From positions 1 through 46,783 of the forward strand of contig CAXMSN010000004.1 of the NCBI GenBank assembly GCA_964196275.1: a stretch of DNA of 46,783 nucleotides. Reading direction: 5' to 3'. The notes below the pieces were generated by a model that was given only the letters and a program-made list of their open reading frames with translations, did no database searches and was not told the origin of the DNA. Each line of letters starts with the position of its first letter. Position 1 is the first letter of the stretch. This document shows positions 8,950 through 17,611 of this stretch, piece after piece. Source of the DNA: an uncultured Kiloniellales bacterium. GTDB lineage: Bacteria; Actinomycetota; Acidimicrobiia; Spongiisociales; UBA5794. Both the position numbers and the translations under genes were made by a program.

Positions 8950-10184
8950 GGATCCGCTGGTATCGGGATCGGGTCTTCATCAGGGAACGGGTCCTTGTCG
9001 AGGAGTTTCGCCCAGATGTAGACGGCGACATCCCGGATCGATGCGATCACCGGGACCGCGAGGAGCGACCCTAGAAGACCGCCCACCTGGAACCCGACCA
9101 TCAAGCCGACGAGGACGATGGCTGGCCTCAGTTGCACCGCCGTCCCCATGACCTTCGGCGCGATCACGTTCGCCTGTGCCTGCACGACAACGAGATAGAT
9201 CCCTGCGACGATCAATGCGAACCACCAGTGCTCGAGATCAGGCCACCGGGTGGAGCCCGAGATCAATGCCGCGAGGATGCCAGGCACCGCAGCGAGGATC
9301 GGCCCGAACGTCGGGATCATGTTGAGGACGACCATGATCGTACCCATGAGGAACGCACCGGGAAGCCCGACGAACCACAGAACCGCAAAGACGAGGGATC
9401 CGGTGATGATCGAGTTGACCAGTTGCCCGTAGAGGTAGCCGCGCCATACGCGTTTCTGCTTCATCAGCAACATATGGCCATCCCGCTCGTAGCCATCGGG
9501 CATCTGGTCGATCACACCCCGATGGAAACGCGAACTGTCTGCGTTGAGGTACATGGCGACAAGCGCCGTGACGATCGCCGAGGTGATGATCGCCGTCACA
9601 AGCCCTGCGATCGTCTTGACACTGCTCAATGAGCTTCCGAGGATGTCGAGCACGCGCTCGAAGTCGACAACGATGATGCCATCTCCTGGCTCAACGGACT
9701 GCACGAGCGAGTCCATGACACCCGTCATGTCGATGGTGAGACCGAAGAACAAGAGTCGGTTGTCTGCATCGATCTCACGCAGGATCCACTCCCGTGTCGA
9801 CTCGACCAGGCCCACCGGATCGAGTTCCTTGATGGACTCGACGATCTCGTTGGCGACGAGTAGACCGAACGCTGTCGTGCCTATGAACACGAGAACGTAT
9901 GCGATGAGGAGCGAGATCCCCCTTGGGATGTGAAGCTTCTCGTGACCAAGTCTGATCAGCGGGGCCACGAGGAACGCGATCAGTGCGGCCAGCGCTGCAA
10001 CGGCCAGGACGTTCCGGATCAGATAGACACCGATCACGGCGAGAAGGAAACCGATGCCGATTACAAGAAGTTTGGCGTTCTCTCCCCAGTTCGGCGACAG
10101 GGGGTAGAACCTCGCCTCGCTGACCTCCGGCGTCGATTCAACAGGTTCGCTGACCGGGTCGCCCTGGGCGTCTTGATCGTTCAT
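8946..10184 (-). CDS. AI-2E family transporter (PerM-like)
   Basis: YLYGQL, NMIPTFGPIL, QANVIAPKVMG, GLLGSLLAVP; ATGA overlap with the downstream oxidoreductase. Confidence 0.9.
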   Translation of the reverse strand: MNDQDAQGDPVSEPVESTPEVSEARFYPLSPNWGENAKLLVIGIGFLLAVIGVYLIRNVLAVAALAALIAFLVAPLIRLGHEKLHIPRGISLLIAYVLVFIGTTAFGLLVANEIVESIKELDPVGLVESTREWILREIDADNRLLFFGLTIDMTGVMDSLVQSVEPGDGIIVVDFERVLDILGSSLSSVKTIAGLVTAIITSAIVTALVAMYLNADSSRFHRGVIDQMPDGYERDGHMLLMKQKRVWRGYLYGQLVNSIITGSLVFAVLWFVGLPGAFLMGTIMVVLNMIPTFGPILAAVPGILAALISGSTRWPDLEHWWFALIVAGIYLVVVQAQANVIAPKVMGTAVQLRPAIVLVGLMVGFQVGGLLGSLLAVPVIASIRDVAVYIWAKLLDKDPFPDEDPIPIPADP

Positions 10185-10238
10185 CGCTCATACGGTAGAA
10201 CAAACCGACACGTGACAGTCGGCACAGTCTCGTCGGTG

Positions 10239-11696
10239 TTACCCGATGTCCATCGACACGTATTTGGTTTCGAGATACTCCTCAAGGCCCTGATGTGCAC
10301 CCTCGCGGCCGATACCTGATTCCTTCCATCCCCCGAACGGTGCGACGGGAGTCGAGATTGATCCCGTGTTCACGCCGACCATCCCGTACTCGAGGGCCTC
10401 GGAGACACGCCATGCCCGGGAGTTGTCCTTGGTGTACATGTAGGCCGCAAGCCCGTACCGAGTGTTGTTCGCCGACGCAACTGCCTCGTCCTCCGTCTCG
10501 AATGTAATCACGCTCGAGACGGGGCCGAACACCTCGGACGATGCGATCTCCATGCTGGCCGTGATGCCCCCAAGGACGGTCGGTTCATAGAACAGACCTC
10601 CGCGATCAGATGGAGATCCGCCTGTGCGGACGTCCGCTCCTGCGCCGACGGCGCTCGAAACGAGAGCCGAAACCTTCGTGTGAGCAGCCGCGTTGATGAG
10701 GGGGCCCACATCGGACCGCTTATCGGTACCTGGCCCGACAACGAGGGCCTGCGTCGCCCGTGCAAGCTTGGACGTGAACTCCTCCGCGATTCCGCTCTGG
10801 GCGTAGAACCTGTTCGCACAGATGCACGTCTGTCCTGTGTTCCGGTACTTCGCAGCGATCGCACCGTCGACCGCAGCGTCAACATCTGCATCGTCGAAGA
10901 CGATGAACGGGGCGTTCCCACCCAACTCCATCGAGACTCTCTTGACCGTTGACGCTGTTTGGGCAAGCAGCATCTTCCCAACAGCGGTCGAACCGGTGAA
11001 CGAGAACTTTCCGACGTCTGGATGCGTGGTGAGGACGGTGCCGACGGAGGCAGGATTGAAGGTGGGAACCACGTTGAACACGCCAGCCGGGATTCCAGCC
11101 CTCTCAGCAAGCTCGGCAAGGGCAAGCGCAGAGAGCGGTGTGTCCTCTGCCGGTTTGACGATGAACGTACAACCCGCTGCAAGGGCGGGGGCCGCCTTTC
11201 GGGTGATCATCGCGTTCGGGAAGTTCCATGGCGTAACGGCCGCTGCAACACCGATCGGCTGCTTGAGGACCACAAGACGGGCCGTTGGGAACGGGGACGG
11301 AATCACTTGGCCGTATGCCCTCTTGCCCTCTTCGGCGAACCAGGACACGAACTGCGCGCCGTACCTGACCTCCCCAATGGCCTCCGCTATGGGTTTCCCG
11401 CCCTCAGCTGTCATGATCGATGCGAGATCTTCAGCGTTCTCGAGCATGAGATCGTGCCACCGCATCAGGATGCGGGCTCTCTTGTGTGCCGTCTCGGCGG
11501 CCCATGCAGGGAACGCTTCTTTGGCGGAGACCACGGCAGCGGTTGCTTCCTCGGCACCGGAATTCGCAACGGCTGCGACTGTCTCCCCGGACGCTGGGTC
11601 GCTCACATCGAACGTGGAACCATCGGCTGCGTCCATCCACGCGCCGCCTATGTACGCCTGTGTGCGTATGAGCGTTGGGTCAGCTACTTCGTTCAT
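10239..11696 (-). CDS. gabD: NAD(P)-dependent succinate-semialdehyde dehydrogenase
   Basis: TPWNFPNAMITRK, FTGSTAVG, MELGGNAP, GQTCICANR, EVFGP, PFGGWKESG. Start at ATG 11696 after SD GAGGTG. Confidence 0.9.
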   Translation of the reverse strand: MNEVADPTLIRTQAYIGGAWMDAADGSTFDVSDPASGETVAAVANSGAEEATAAVVSAKEAFPAWAAETAHKRARILMRWHDLMLENAEDLASIMTAEGGKPIAEAIGEVRYGAQFVSWFAEEGKRAYGQVIPSPFPTARLVVLKQPIGVAAAVTPWNFPNAMITRKAAPALAAGCTFIVKPAEDTPLSALALAELAERAGIPAGVFNVVPTFNPASVGTVLTTHPDVGKFSFTGSTAVGKMLLAQTASTVKRVSMELGGNAPFIVFDDADVDAAVDGAIAAKYRNTGQTCICANRFYAQSGIAEEFTSKLARATQALVVGPGTDKRSDVGPLINAAAHTKVSALVSSAVGAGADVRTGGSPSDRGGLFYEPTVLGGITASMEIASSEVFGPVSSVITFETEDEAVASANNTRYGLAAYMYTKDNSRAWRVSEALEYGMVGVNTGSISTPVAPFGGWKESGIGREGAHQGLEEYLETKYVSMDIG

Positions 11697-11761
11697 GATG
11701 ACATCACCTCGTCGAGATGGTACCGCTGCGTCACATGGACGACGCCCCGTACAATTCACTG

Positions 11762-12487
11762 ATGCCAGACACCTCCGAGGTCGCTCCCGAGTACCAGCCA
11801 CACATCGGTGCATCACGCCAGTACGTTCGAGATGTCATCCTCGGCGTCAACGATGGGCTGGTCTCCACCTTCCTCCTCGTGTCCGCCGTCGTCGGTGGTG
11901 GTCTCACCGCGACACAAGTTCTCCTCACCGGCACCTCGGGGGCGCTCGCAGGGATGATCTCGATGGCCATCGGCGAGTACCTCGCCACCAAGTCACAGGA
12001 AGAGGTGCTTGAGGCCGAGATGATCCTCGAGCGCGAGCACCTCAGGGATCACAGGGACCACGAACGTGAACAACTTGCCGAGATGCTCGGCGACATGGGA
12101 CTCGAAGGCGATGACCTCGAGACGGTTGTTCGGATTATTGACAGCAACGAAGAGGCCATGTTCGGCATGCAAGCTGCGTTGGAATTCGGAGTCGTCGACT
12201 CCGAGCGGAGGAACCCGATCGCTGCTGGACTCGCATCCGGCGCACTCTTCCTCGGAGGAGCCATCCCACCGATCGTGCCGTTCGTGTTCATGGACGACAC
12301 AGGACAGGCCCTCGTCGCGTCAGCAGTCCTGTCAGGCATAGCGCTCTTTGCTGTAGGAGCTGTCAAGACGCTCGCTACCAAGAAGAACGCCATCCTGTCC
12401 GGTCTCGAGAACCTCGCCCTTGGCCTCATTGGTGGCGTGCTCGCCTACCTCGTGGGCCGCGCATTCGACTCGGTCATCGGAACTTGA
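11762..12487 (+). CDS. VIT1/CCC1 family Fe/Mn transporter
   Basis: RDVILGVNDGLVST, GMISMAIGEYLA and a Glu/His-rich metal-binding loop. TACAAT 6 nt before ATG 11762 suggests a leaderless transcript. Confidence 0.92.
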   Translation: MPDTSEVAPEYQPHIGASRQYVRDVILGVNDGLVSTFLLVSAVVGGGLTATQVLLTGTSGALAGMISMAIGEYLATKSQEEVLEAEMILEREHLRDHRDHEREQLAEMLGDMGLEGDDLETVVRIIDSNEEAMFGMQAALEFGVVDSERRNPIAAGLASGALFLGGAIPPIVPFVFMDDTGQALVASAVLSGIALFAVGAVKTLATKKNAILSGLENLALGLIGGVLAYLVGRAFDSVIGT

Positions 12488-12491
12488 CCGG

Positions 12492-13022
12492 TCAGTAGTC
12501 CAAGCCTTTCTTGGCCTGGATTCCGCTATCGAACGCGTGCTTGACCTTGCGCATCTCGGTCACCGTATCTGCCAACGCGACGAGTTCCTCATGTGCGTCC
12601 CTTCCGGTGATGATCACGTTCACACCATCCGGACGCTCGCTGATCGTCGCGAGGACGTCGTCGACGTCGATCCATCCGAACGTCACCGGGTAGGTCGCCT
12701 CGTCCAGGATCACGAGCTCGTAGGAGCCTGATCCGATCGCTTCCTTGGCATGTTCCCAGGCATCGCGAGCAGCTTCGGCCGTGGCTTCCATGTCGTCAGA
12801 CTCCCACGTGAAGCCGTCTCCCCCTGTCATCCAATCCACACCGAGTTCGACTGCCATCTTCTTCTCACCGGTCTGCCATTTTTCAGACTTGATGAACTGG
12901 ACGACCTTGACGTTCCAGCCTCGCGCCAATGCACGAAGCATCACACCGAACGCCGAGGTCGACTTTCCTTTGCCGTCACCCGTGTTGATGATGAACAAAT
13001 CTCTTCGTCTTTTATCCGTCAC
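12492..13022 (-). CDS. cobO: Cob(I)alamin/cob(I)yrinate adenosyltransferase (CobO/BtuR type)
   Basis: TGDGKGKSTSAFG, VVQFIK, ILDE, ITGR, ADTVTEM, KHAFDSG. Confidence 0.93.
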   Translation of the reverse strand: MTDKRRRDLFIINTGDGKGKSTSAFGVMLRALARGWNVKVVQFIKSEKWQTGEKKMAVELGVDWMTGGDGFTWESDDMEATAEAARDAWEHAKEAIGSGSYELVILDEATYPVTFGWIDVDDVLATISERPDGVNVIITGRDAHEELVALADTVTEMRKVKHAFDSGIQAKKGLDY

Positions 13023-13803
13023 GCAAGCTCCTATCCGAACGCAGGGACACGATCACCGGCGCCCCATCGACCTCAACCACCCGAATCGTAGGTTCGAACA
13101 CCGCCGCGAGCGTTTCTTCGGTCAGAACATCACCCGGCAACCCCGATGCCACGACCCTTCCATCGGCCATCACAGCCACAGCATCACAGAACTGAGCGGC
13201 CGCCGTGAGATCGTGGATGGCGCTCACGATCGTCATGCCCTTCTCGATACGAACCCTGTCGATGAGTTCGAGCACCTGATGTTGGGCTGCCACATCCAGC
13301 GATGCTGTCGCCTCATCGAGCACCAGGACGGGCGCATCCTGTGCCAGAACTCTCGCCAATGAGACCCGTTGGGTCTCGCCACCGGACAGAGATCCGACAT
13401 CCCTGTCCGCAAAGCTATCGATGGAGAGCGATCCAAGTGCGCCCCAGACCTTCTCGATGTCGTCGGACTGCTCGGCAGCGAGCCTGCCCATGTGGGGTGT
13501 GCGGCCAAGCAGGACGAAATCGAACACGGACATCCCTGGCGGGTACACCGGCCTCTGGGGAACATAGGAGATAAGCCTCGCACGCTGTTTCGAGTCGAGC
13601 GATGAGAGAGAGGTACCGTCGACCGATACCTCGCCTTCGAACGACACATCCGATACGACAGAGCGAAGAAGTGTGGACTTGCCGGCGCCGTTGGGTCCCA
13701 CCACACCCATCCATCCGCCAGTGGCGACATCCAGCGTGATTCCGTCGATGATCGTGGAACCGCCAAGCTCAACGACCACGTCGGTGACCGTGAGACCGCT
13801 CAC
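13012..13803 (-). CDS. btuD: Cobalamin ABC transporter ATP-binding protein (BtuD-like)
   Basis: GPNGAGKS, LSGGE, LDEAT, IHDL; lies in the riboswitch-led operon. Confidence 0.85.
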   Translation of the reverse strand: MSGLTVTDVVVELGGSTIIDGITLDVATGGWMGVVGPNGAGKSTLLRSVVSDVSFEGEVSVDGTSLSSLDSKQRARLISYVPQRPVYPPGMSVFDFVLLGRTPHMGRLAAEQSDDIEKVWGALGSLSIDSFADRDVGSLSGGETQRVSLARVLAQDAPVLVLDEATASLDVAAQHQVLELIDRVRIEKGMTIVSAIHDLTAAAQFCDAVAVMADGRVVASGLPGDVLTEETLAAVFEPTIRVVEVDGAPVIVSLRSDRSLRDG

Positions 13804-14852
13804 GACACCACCCCCTTGCTCTTTCGGAGCACGATCGCAAAGAACGGCGCACCGATCAGCGCTGTGACCACACCTATTGGGATCTCAGCTGGTGCCTGCG
13901 CAGTGCGTGCGATCACATCCGCCAGCACGAGGAACGCTCCTCCGACCAGTATCGACAGCGGAACGACTATCCGATACGAGGCCCCCGTCAGCAGTCGGAC
14001 GGTATGGGGGACGATGATTCCCACGAACCCGATGAGCCCGCTTACCGATACCACGGCTGCTGTTCCAAGTGTGGCGAACGCGATGATGATCAGCCTGACC
14101 CTCGCTGGGCGAAGTCCAAGCGATGCCGCTTCCGTGTCGCCAACGGACATGACGTCGAGTAACCGCCGGTACATCATCACCACAGCGGTACAGACGATGA
14201 CGTAAGGAAGTACCAGTTGGACCTCCGACCATCCAGCGGTATTGAGGCTCCCGAGGATCCAGCCGTACACCTCGCGCAACGTGTCCGATTCGCGCTGCTG
14301 CAAGAGCGTCTGGATGGCGGTGAGGAACGAGGCGACCGCGACCCCTGCAAGGATCAGGGTTACCGCTGTCCGGCCTGATCTCACGGAATACCCGAACAGG
14401 TATGCCATGGCGACACCAAATATCGCACCTACGAATGCTGCGAGAGGAAGTGGGTCGATCAGCCAGTCGGATCCGTCAGGGCCATAGGCGATAGCGATCG
14501 TGGCGCCCAAGCCGGCACCCGCGCCGGCACCCAGCAGATACGGGTCTGCGAGTGGATTCCGGAACACGCCCTGATACGCGGCCCCAGCGACGGAGAGCAT
14601 CGACCCGACAAGGACGGCGAGGATGACCCTCGGCATCCGAATCTGCCAGATGATGGCTTCCGTTCTCTCGTCTAGGGGCGACTCGGCACCGATGAAGGGA
14701 ATCTTTGCGATCGCAGATGCAACGATGTCCCCTGGCGAGATCGACACGGCACCGATCATCGCTCCCACAATGACCGAGATGATGAGCAGCGCGACCGCTC
14801 CACCGACCCACCACCACGGCAGGCGACTCGAGCGGGGGCGGCCTGTGTTCAT
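13800..14852 (-). CDS. btuC: Cobalamin ABC transporter permease (FecCD/BtuC family)
   Basis: IRMPR, FRNPLADPYLLG, EAASLG, GLIGFVGIIVPH, EIPIGVVTALIGAPFF. Confidence 0.88.
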   Translation of the reverse strand: MNTGRPRSSRLPWWWVGGAVALLIISVIVGAMIGAVSISPGDIVASAIAKIPFIGAESPLDERTEAIIWQIRMPRVILAVLVGSMLSVAGAAYQGVFRNPLADPYLLGAGAGAGLGATIAIAYGPDGSDWLIDPLPLAAFVGAIFGVAMAYLFGYSVRSGRTAVTLILAGVAVASFLTAIQTLLQQRESDTLREVYGWILGSLNTAGWSEVQLVLPYVIVCTAVVMMYRRLLDVMSVGDTEAASLGLRPARVRLIIIAFATLGTAAVVSVSGLIGFVGIIVPHTVRLLTGASYRIVVPLSILVGGAFLVLADVIARTAQAPAEIPIGVVTALIGAPFFAIVLRKSKGVVS

Positions 14853-15847
14853 GCGTTCTGTTGATCAAGCGCTACAAGCGCATCAACGATGGCATCGAGG
14901 AGTTCGGCTATCCGAGAGCTCCACCGTGAGGCCACATCGTCATCGAGTTCGACGACGCTATCGGTTTGAACAGCAGACAATGTGGCCCATCCCGGACGCT
15001 CGGCAACGGTCTCTGCGGTCTGACCGCAGCACTTGGTGTCTGCCAGGAGGATCAGAGTCGGGTCCGCATCAACGATGTATTCCTCGGCCAACTGCGGAAA
15101 CCCGAACCCATCGGGGTCCGGTGCGGCGTCGCCGACGTTGGCGATCCCCGTCAAGCCGATCACGTTGCCGATGAATGATCCCGACGTCGTCGTGTAGTAC
15201 GTGTTGTCGAGTTCGTAGTAGTACGACACGGCTTCGGCACCATCAGGTACGCGTCCCACCGAGGCCTCCATCCGGTACTGCGTCATCGACACGAGTTCTT
15301 CTGCATCTTGTGCGTGCCCCGTGACAGCGCCTGTCTGTGCCCATTGCTCGAAGGCGTCCTCAAGCGTTGACGCCGTTGGATGAACGATCACGTCTATCCC
15401 AATGGCCTCAAGGCCAGCAACGACATCGCCAGGGTCAAAGGAAAGGAACACGAGATCAGGATCGAAGGTCGCGATCGCCTCCACACTTGGCGCCCACGCC
15501 GACAGTTCGGTGATCGGCGCAGTTGGTGGATAATTTGAAAGACTGTCGACGGCCACAACCTCGTCACCGGCGCCAATCGCGAACAAGATCTCCGTGGCTG
15601 TCGGCGAGATCGAAACGATACGTTCCGGCTTCTCGCCGATCGTGACCGATCCGTTCACCGTCTCGATGGTGACCGGAAATTCTGCCTTCGCAACCATGGT
15701 CGTTGTCGTTGTGGTCGATTGAACAACAGCCGTCGTAGACGACGTCGATGGTGGGGTCGTGGTGGTTGCGGCCTCAGGCACACCTGCTGCACACGAAGCT
15801 GCCAAGAGGGCCACACCGGCCAAGAGAGGGATAATGCGTTTGAACAC
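14849..15847 (-). CDS. btuF: Cobalamin ABC transporter substrate-binding lipoprotein (BtuF-like)
   Basis: Lipobox LAASC, Thr-rich linker, PERIVSISPTATEILFAIGAG; first gene after the B12 riboswitch. Confidence 0.85.
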   Translation of the reverse strand: MFKRIIPLLAGVALLAASCAAGVPEAATTTTPPSTSSTTAVVQSTTTTTTMVAKAEFPVTIETVNGSVTIGEKPERIVSISPTATEILFAIGAGDEVVAVDSLSNYPPTAPITELSAWAPSVEAIATFDPDLVFLSFDPGDVVAGLEAIGIDVIVHPTASTLEDAFEQWAQTGAVTGHAQDAEELVSMTQYRMEASVGRVPDGAEAVSYYYELDNTYYTTTSGSFIGNVIGLTGIANVGDAAPDPDGFGFPQLAEEYIVDADPTLILLADTKCCGQTAETVAERPGWATLSAVQTDSVVELDDDVASRWSSRIAELLDAIVDALVALDQQNA

Positions 15848-15892
15848 GAGGTTCGTCTCCTTTCACTGGAGGAGGCGAACGTTGTGGAACTT

Positions 15893-16010
15893 AAACCCCT
15901 CCTCCGAAGGTCAGGCCACTCACTGTTCAAGAGGCGACCTGGCTACCTCCCAAGGAGGATCACAGTTGCGGGACAGCGCCGGGATCTCACCGGACTTCGC
16001 TCGAAAACAG
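15893..16010 (-). promoter_or_regulatory. Cobalamin riboswitch (compact variant)
   Basis: Minus strand GAGCGAAGTCCGGTGAGATCCCGGCGCTGTCCCGCAACTGTGA-short hairpin-AGCCAGGTCGCCT, closed by CTGTT..GAG/CTC..AACAG. A further hairpin (CCTTCGGAGGAGGGG) lies downstream. Sits upstream of btuFCD-cobO. Confidence 0.9.
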
Positions 16011-16101
16011 CACCCGGGACATCCCGGTACGCCAGCGCACAGTAGCACCAGGATGTTCGCTCCATCCACCCGCAGCATGCCTGCACTACCCTCACCGACC
16101 C

Positions 16102-16692
16102 ATGGACACACAGTCGAGCGATTACACACAGCGGCTGGCCTCAAAACAAGGGTGGGGTTGGAAACGGTTCGTCCCAAACCCGTATCGATGGTGGATCAGA
16201 CGGCTCACCCTCGGAACCGTTCTGGATGTCGGGTGCGGTATCGGTCGCACATTGACGTATCTCGACGGGAATGGCGTCGGCGTTGACCACAACGAAACTT
16301 CTGTGGAGGTCTGCCGCTCGAACGGGCTTACGGCATACACACCCGAAGAGTTTCTCGAAGATGAGGCCTACAGACTGGGCTCCTTCGACGCTCTGATCGT
16401 CCTTCACGTGCTGGAGCACCTTGAGGATGGCGACGCTGATGAGTTGTTCGACGCCTACCTTCCCTTCATCCGGCCAGAGGGACGAGTCGTCCTCGTAACA
16501 CCGCAGGAACGCGGCTTTGCGAGCGACGAAACCCACACACATCTCGTTTCCGGGTCCGATCTGGTCGAGCTTTGCGAGCGGCACGGTCTTCTCGTGGACC
16601 GATGGCGGTCATTTCCACTGCCGCGGTGGGCTGGACGGCTCTTCATCTACAACGAGTTCAGCGTCGTGGCACGTGTTCCGAGCGCCTCCTAG
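16102..16692 (+). CDS. Class I SAM-dependent methyltransferase
   Basis: VLDVGCGIG motif I, GVD, FD...HVLEHL, RPEGRVVLVTP. Confidence 0.88.
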   Translation: MDTQSSDYTQRLASKQGWGWKRFVPNPYRWWIRRLTLGTVLDVGCGIGRTLTYLDGNGVGVDHNETSVEVCRSNGLTAYTPEEFLEDEAYRLGSFDALIVLHVLEHLEDGDADELFDAYLPFIRPEGRVVLVTPQERGFASDETHTHLVSGSDLVELCERHGLLVDRWRSFPLPRWAGRLFIYNEFSVVARVPSAS

Positions 16693-16743
16693 GTCAAGAA
16701 CTCTCTGGTAAAGCATCGCAACGGAGTGGCTAACGTTTCTCCG

Positions 16744-16881
16744 ATGAAGAAGTTGCTCCTTGTCGCCGTTGCTGCTGCAGCCGCTGCTGTCGCTGTCGCT
16801 GTCGCCACCAGACGCCCCATCCAGCAACCGGACCAGCCGTCCGGAACCTGGGAGATCGCCTCGAAGCTGCCAGAAGCATGA
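16744..16881 (+). CDS. Small membrane-anchored/secreted peptide (45 aa), absent from the ORF track
   Basis: MKKLLLVAVAAAAAAVAVAVATRRPIQQPDQPSGTWEIASKLPEA. The stop overlaps the next start (ATGA, 16878-16881); TAACGT lies 7 nt upstream of the ATG. Confidence 0.65.
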   Translation: MKKLLLVAVAAAAAAVAVAVATRRPIQQPDQPSGTWEIASKLPEA

Positions 16882-17600
16882 GAATCGCACTCGACGCCGG
16901 CTCGCCGGTCGGATTCAGGACGGCAAGGGTCCTCCTCGGCGAGCCCGAGGTCGCGCACGTCGGAGTGCTCGATCCCTCGGTGCCGACGTCTGGACGCTCT
17001 GGCCGGATGAGGGACCTCTCGTCATACGATGCGTTGGTGTCCGACGGCACGACCGATCACCACGACCTGATCGGCCGTTGCTCGGTTGGAGGCGTACCAC
17101 TCGTTCTCTGGCCTGATCTCCCTGACCTCGCCACTGGCCCGAGCCATCTCCCCGTGATCAAGGGGGCGAATGTCGCCATCGCGCTCACGGCAGCACTGGC
17201 TGTCCACCCGACGGCGGCGGTAACGGCCTCCGACACCGTGCGGGTCGGCTGGACAGAACCCGGCTCACCTCAGCGTTCAGGGGAATCGATGCCGTTTCCA
17301 GAACCGGTCGGGTCGGTGTGGGCATCACCACGATCGAACGGTCGCTTCGTCGCATTGCGCGATGACAACTGGGGCGCTGCTGTCGTGGAAGCGGTAGGGG
17401 GTGGCAGCACAAGGATCGTCGGCGTCGGGGACCACGCAGAGTTCATGGAGGCCATCACGCTTGCGGCAGTCGCCATCCTGGCGGCCGGGGGTGCGTACGC
17501 ACCAACTATCCAGGATGCCTCCACTCAGCCTGACTTGCTCCTCAACGAGGTCACAAGGCTGGAACTTGACGTCGCCGCATGGCGTTCTTCATCTGAATAG
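16878..17600 (+). CDS. Hypothetical protein with a degenerate Rossmann-like N-terminus
   Basis: 240 aa ORF tightly packed in an operon. MRIALDAGSPVGFRTARVLL resembles a beta-alpha dinucleotide-binding start without the full glycine motif. Confidence 0.7.
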   Translation: MRIALDAGSPVGFRTARVLLGEPEVAHVGVLDPSVPTSGRSGRMRDLSSYDALVSDGTTDHHDLIGRCSVGGVPLVLWPDLPDLATGPSHLPVIKGANVAIALTAALAVHPTAAVTASDTVRVGWTEPGSPQRSGESMPFPEPVGSVWASPRSNGRFVALRDDNWGAAVVEAVGGGSTRIVGVGDHAEFMEAITLAAVAILAAGGAYAPTIQDASTQPDLLLNEVTRLELDVAAWRSSSE

Positions 17601-17611
17601 CGACAGGTCAT

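Noticed and set aside
10822-12012. 396 aa plus-strand ORF, and many similar 100-300 aa overlapping ORFs
   Set aside because: These are antisense or alternate-frame shadows of well-supported genes (here gabD), as expected in high-GC DNA. They show no recognisable motifs.
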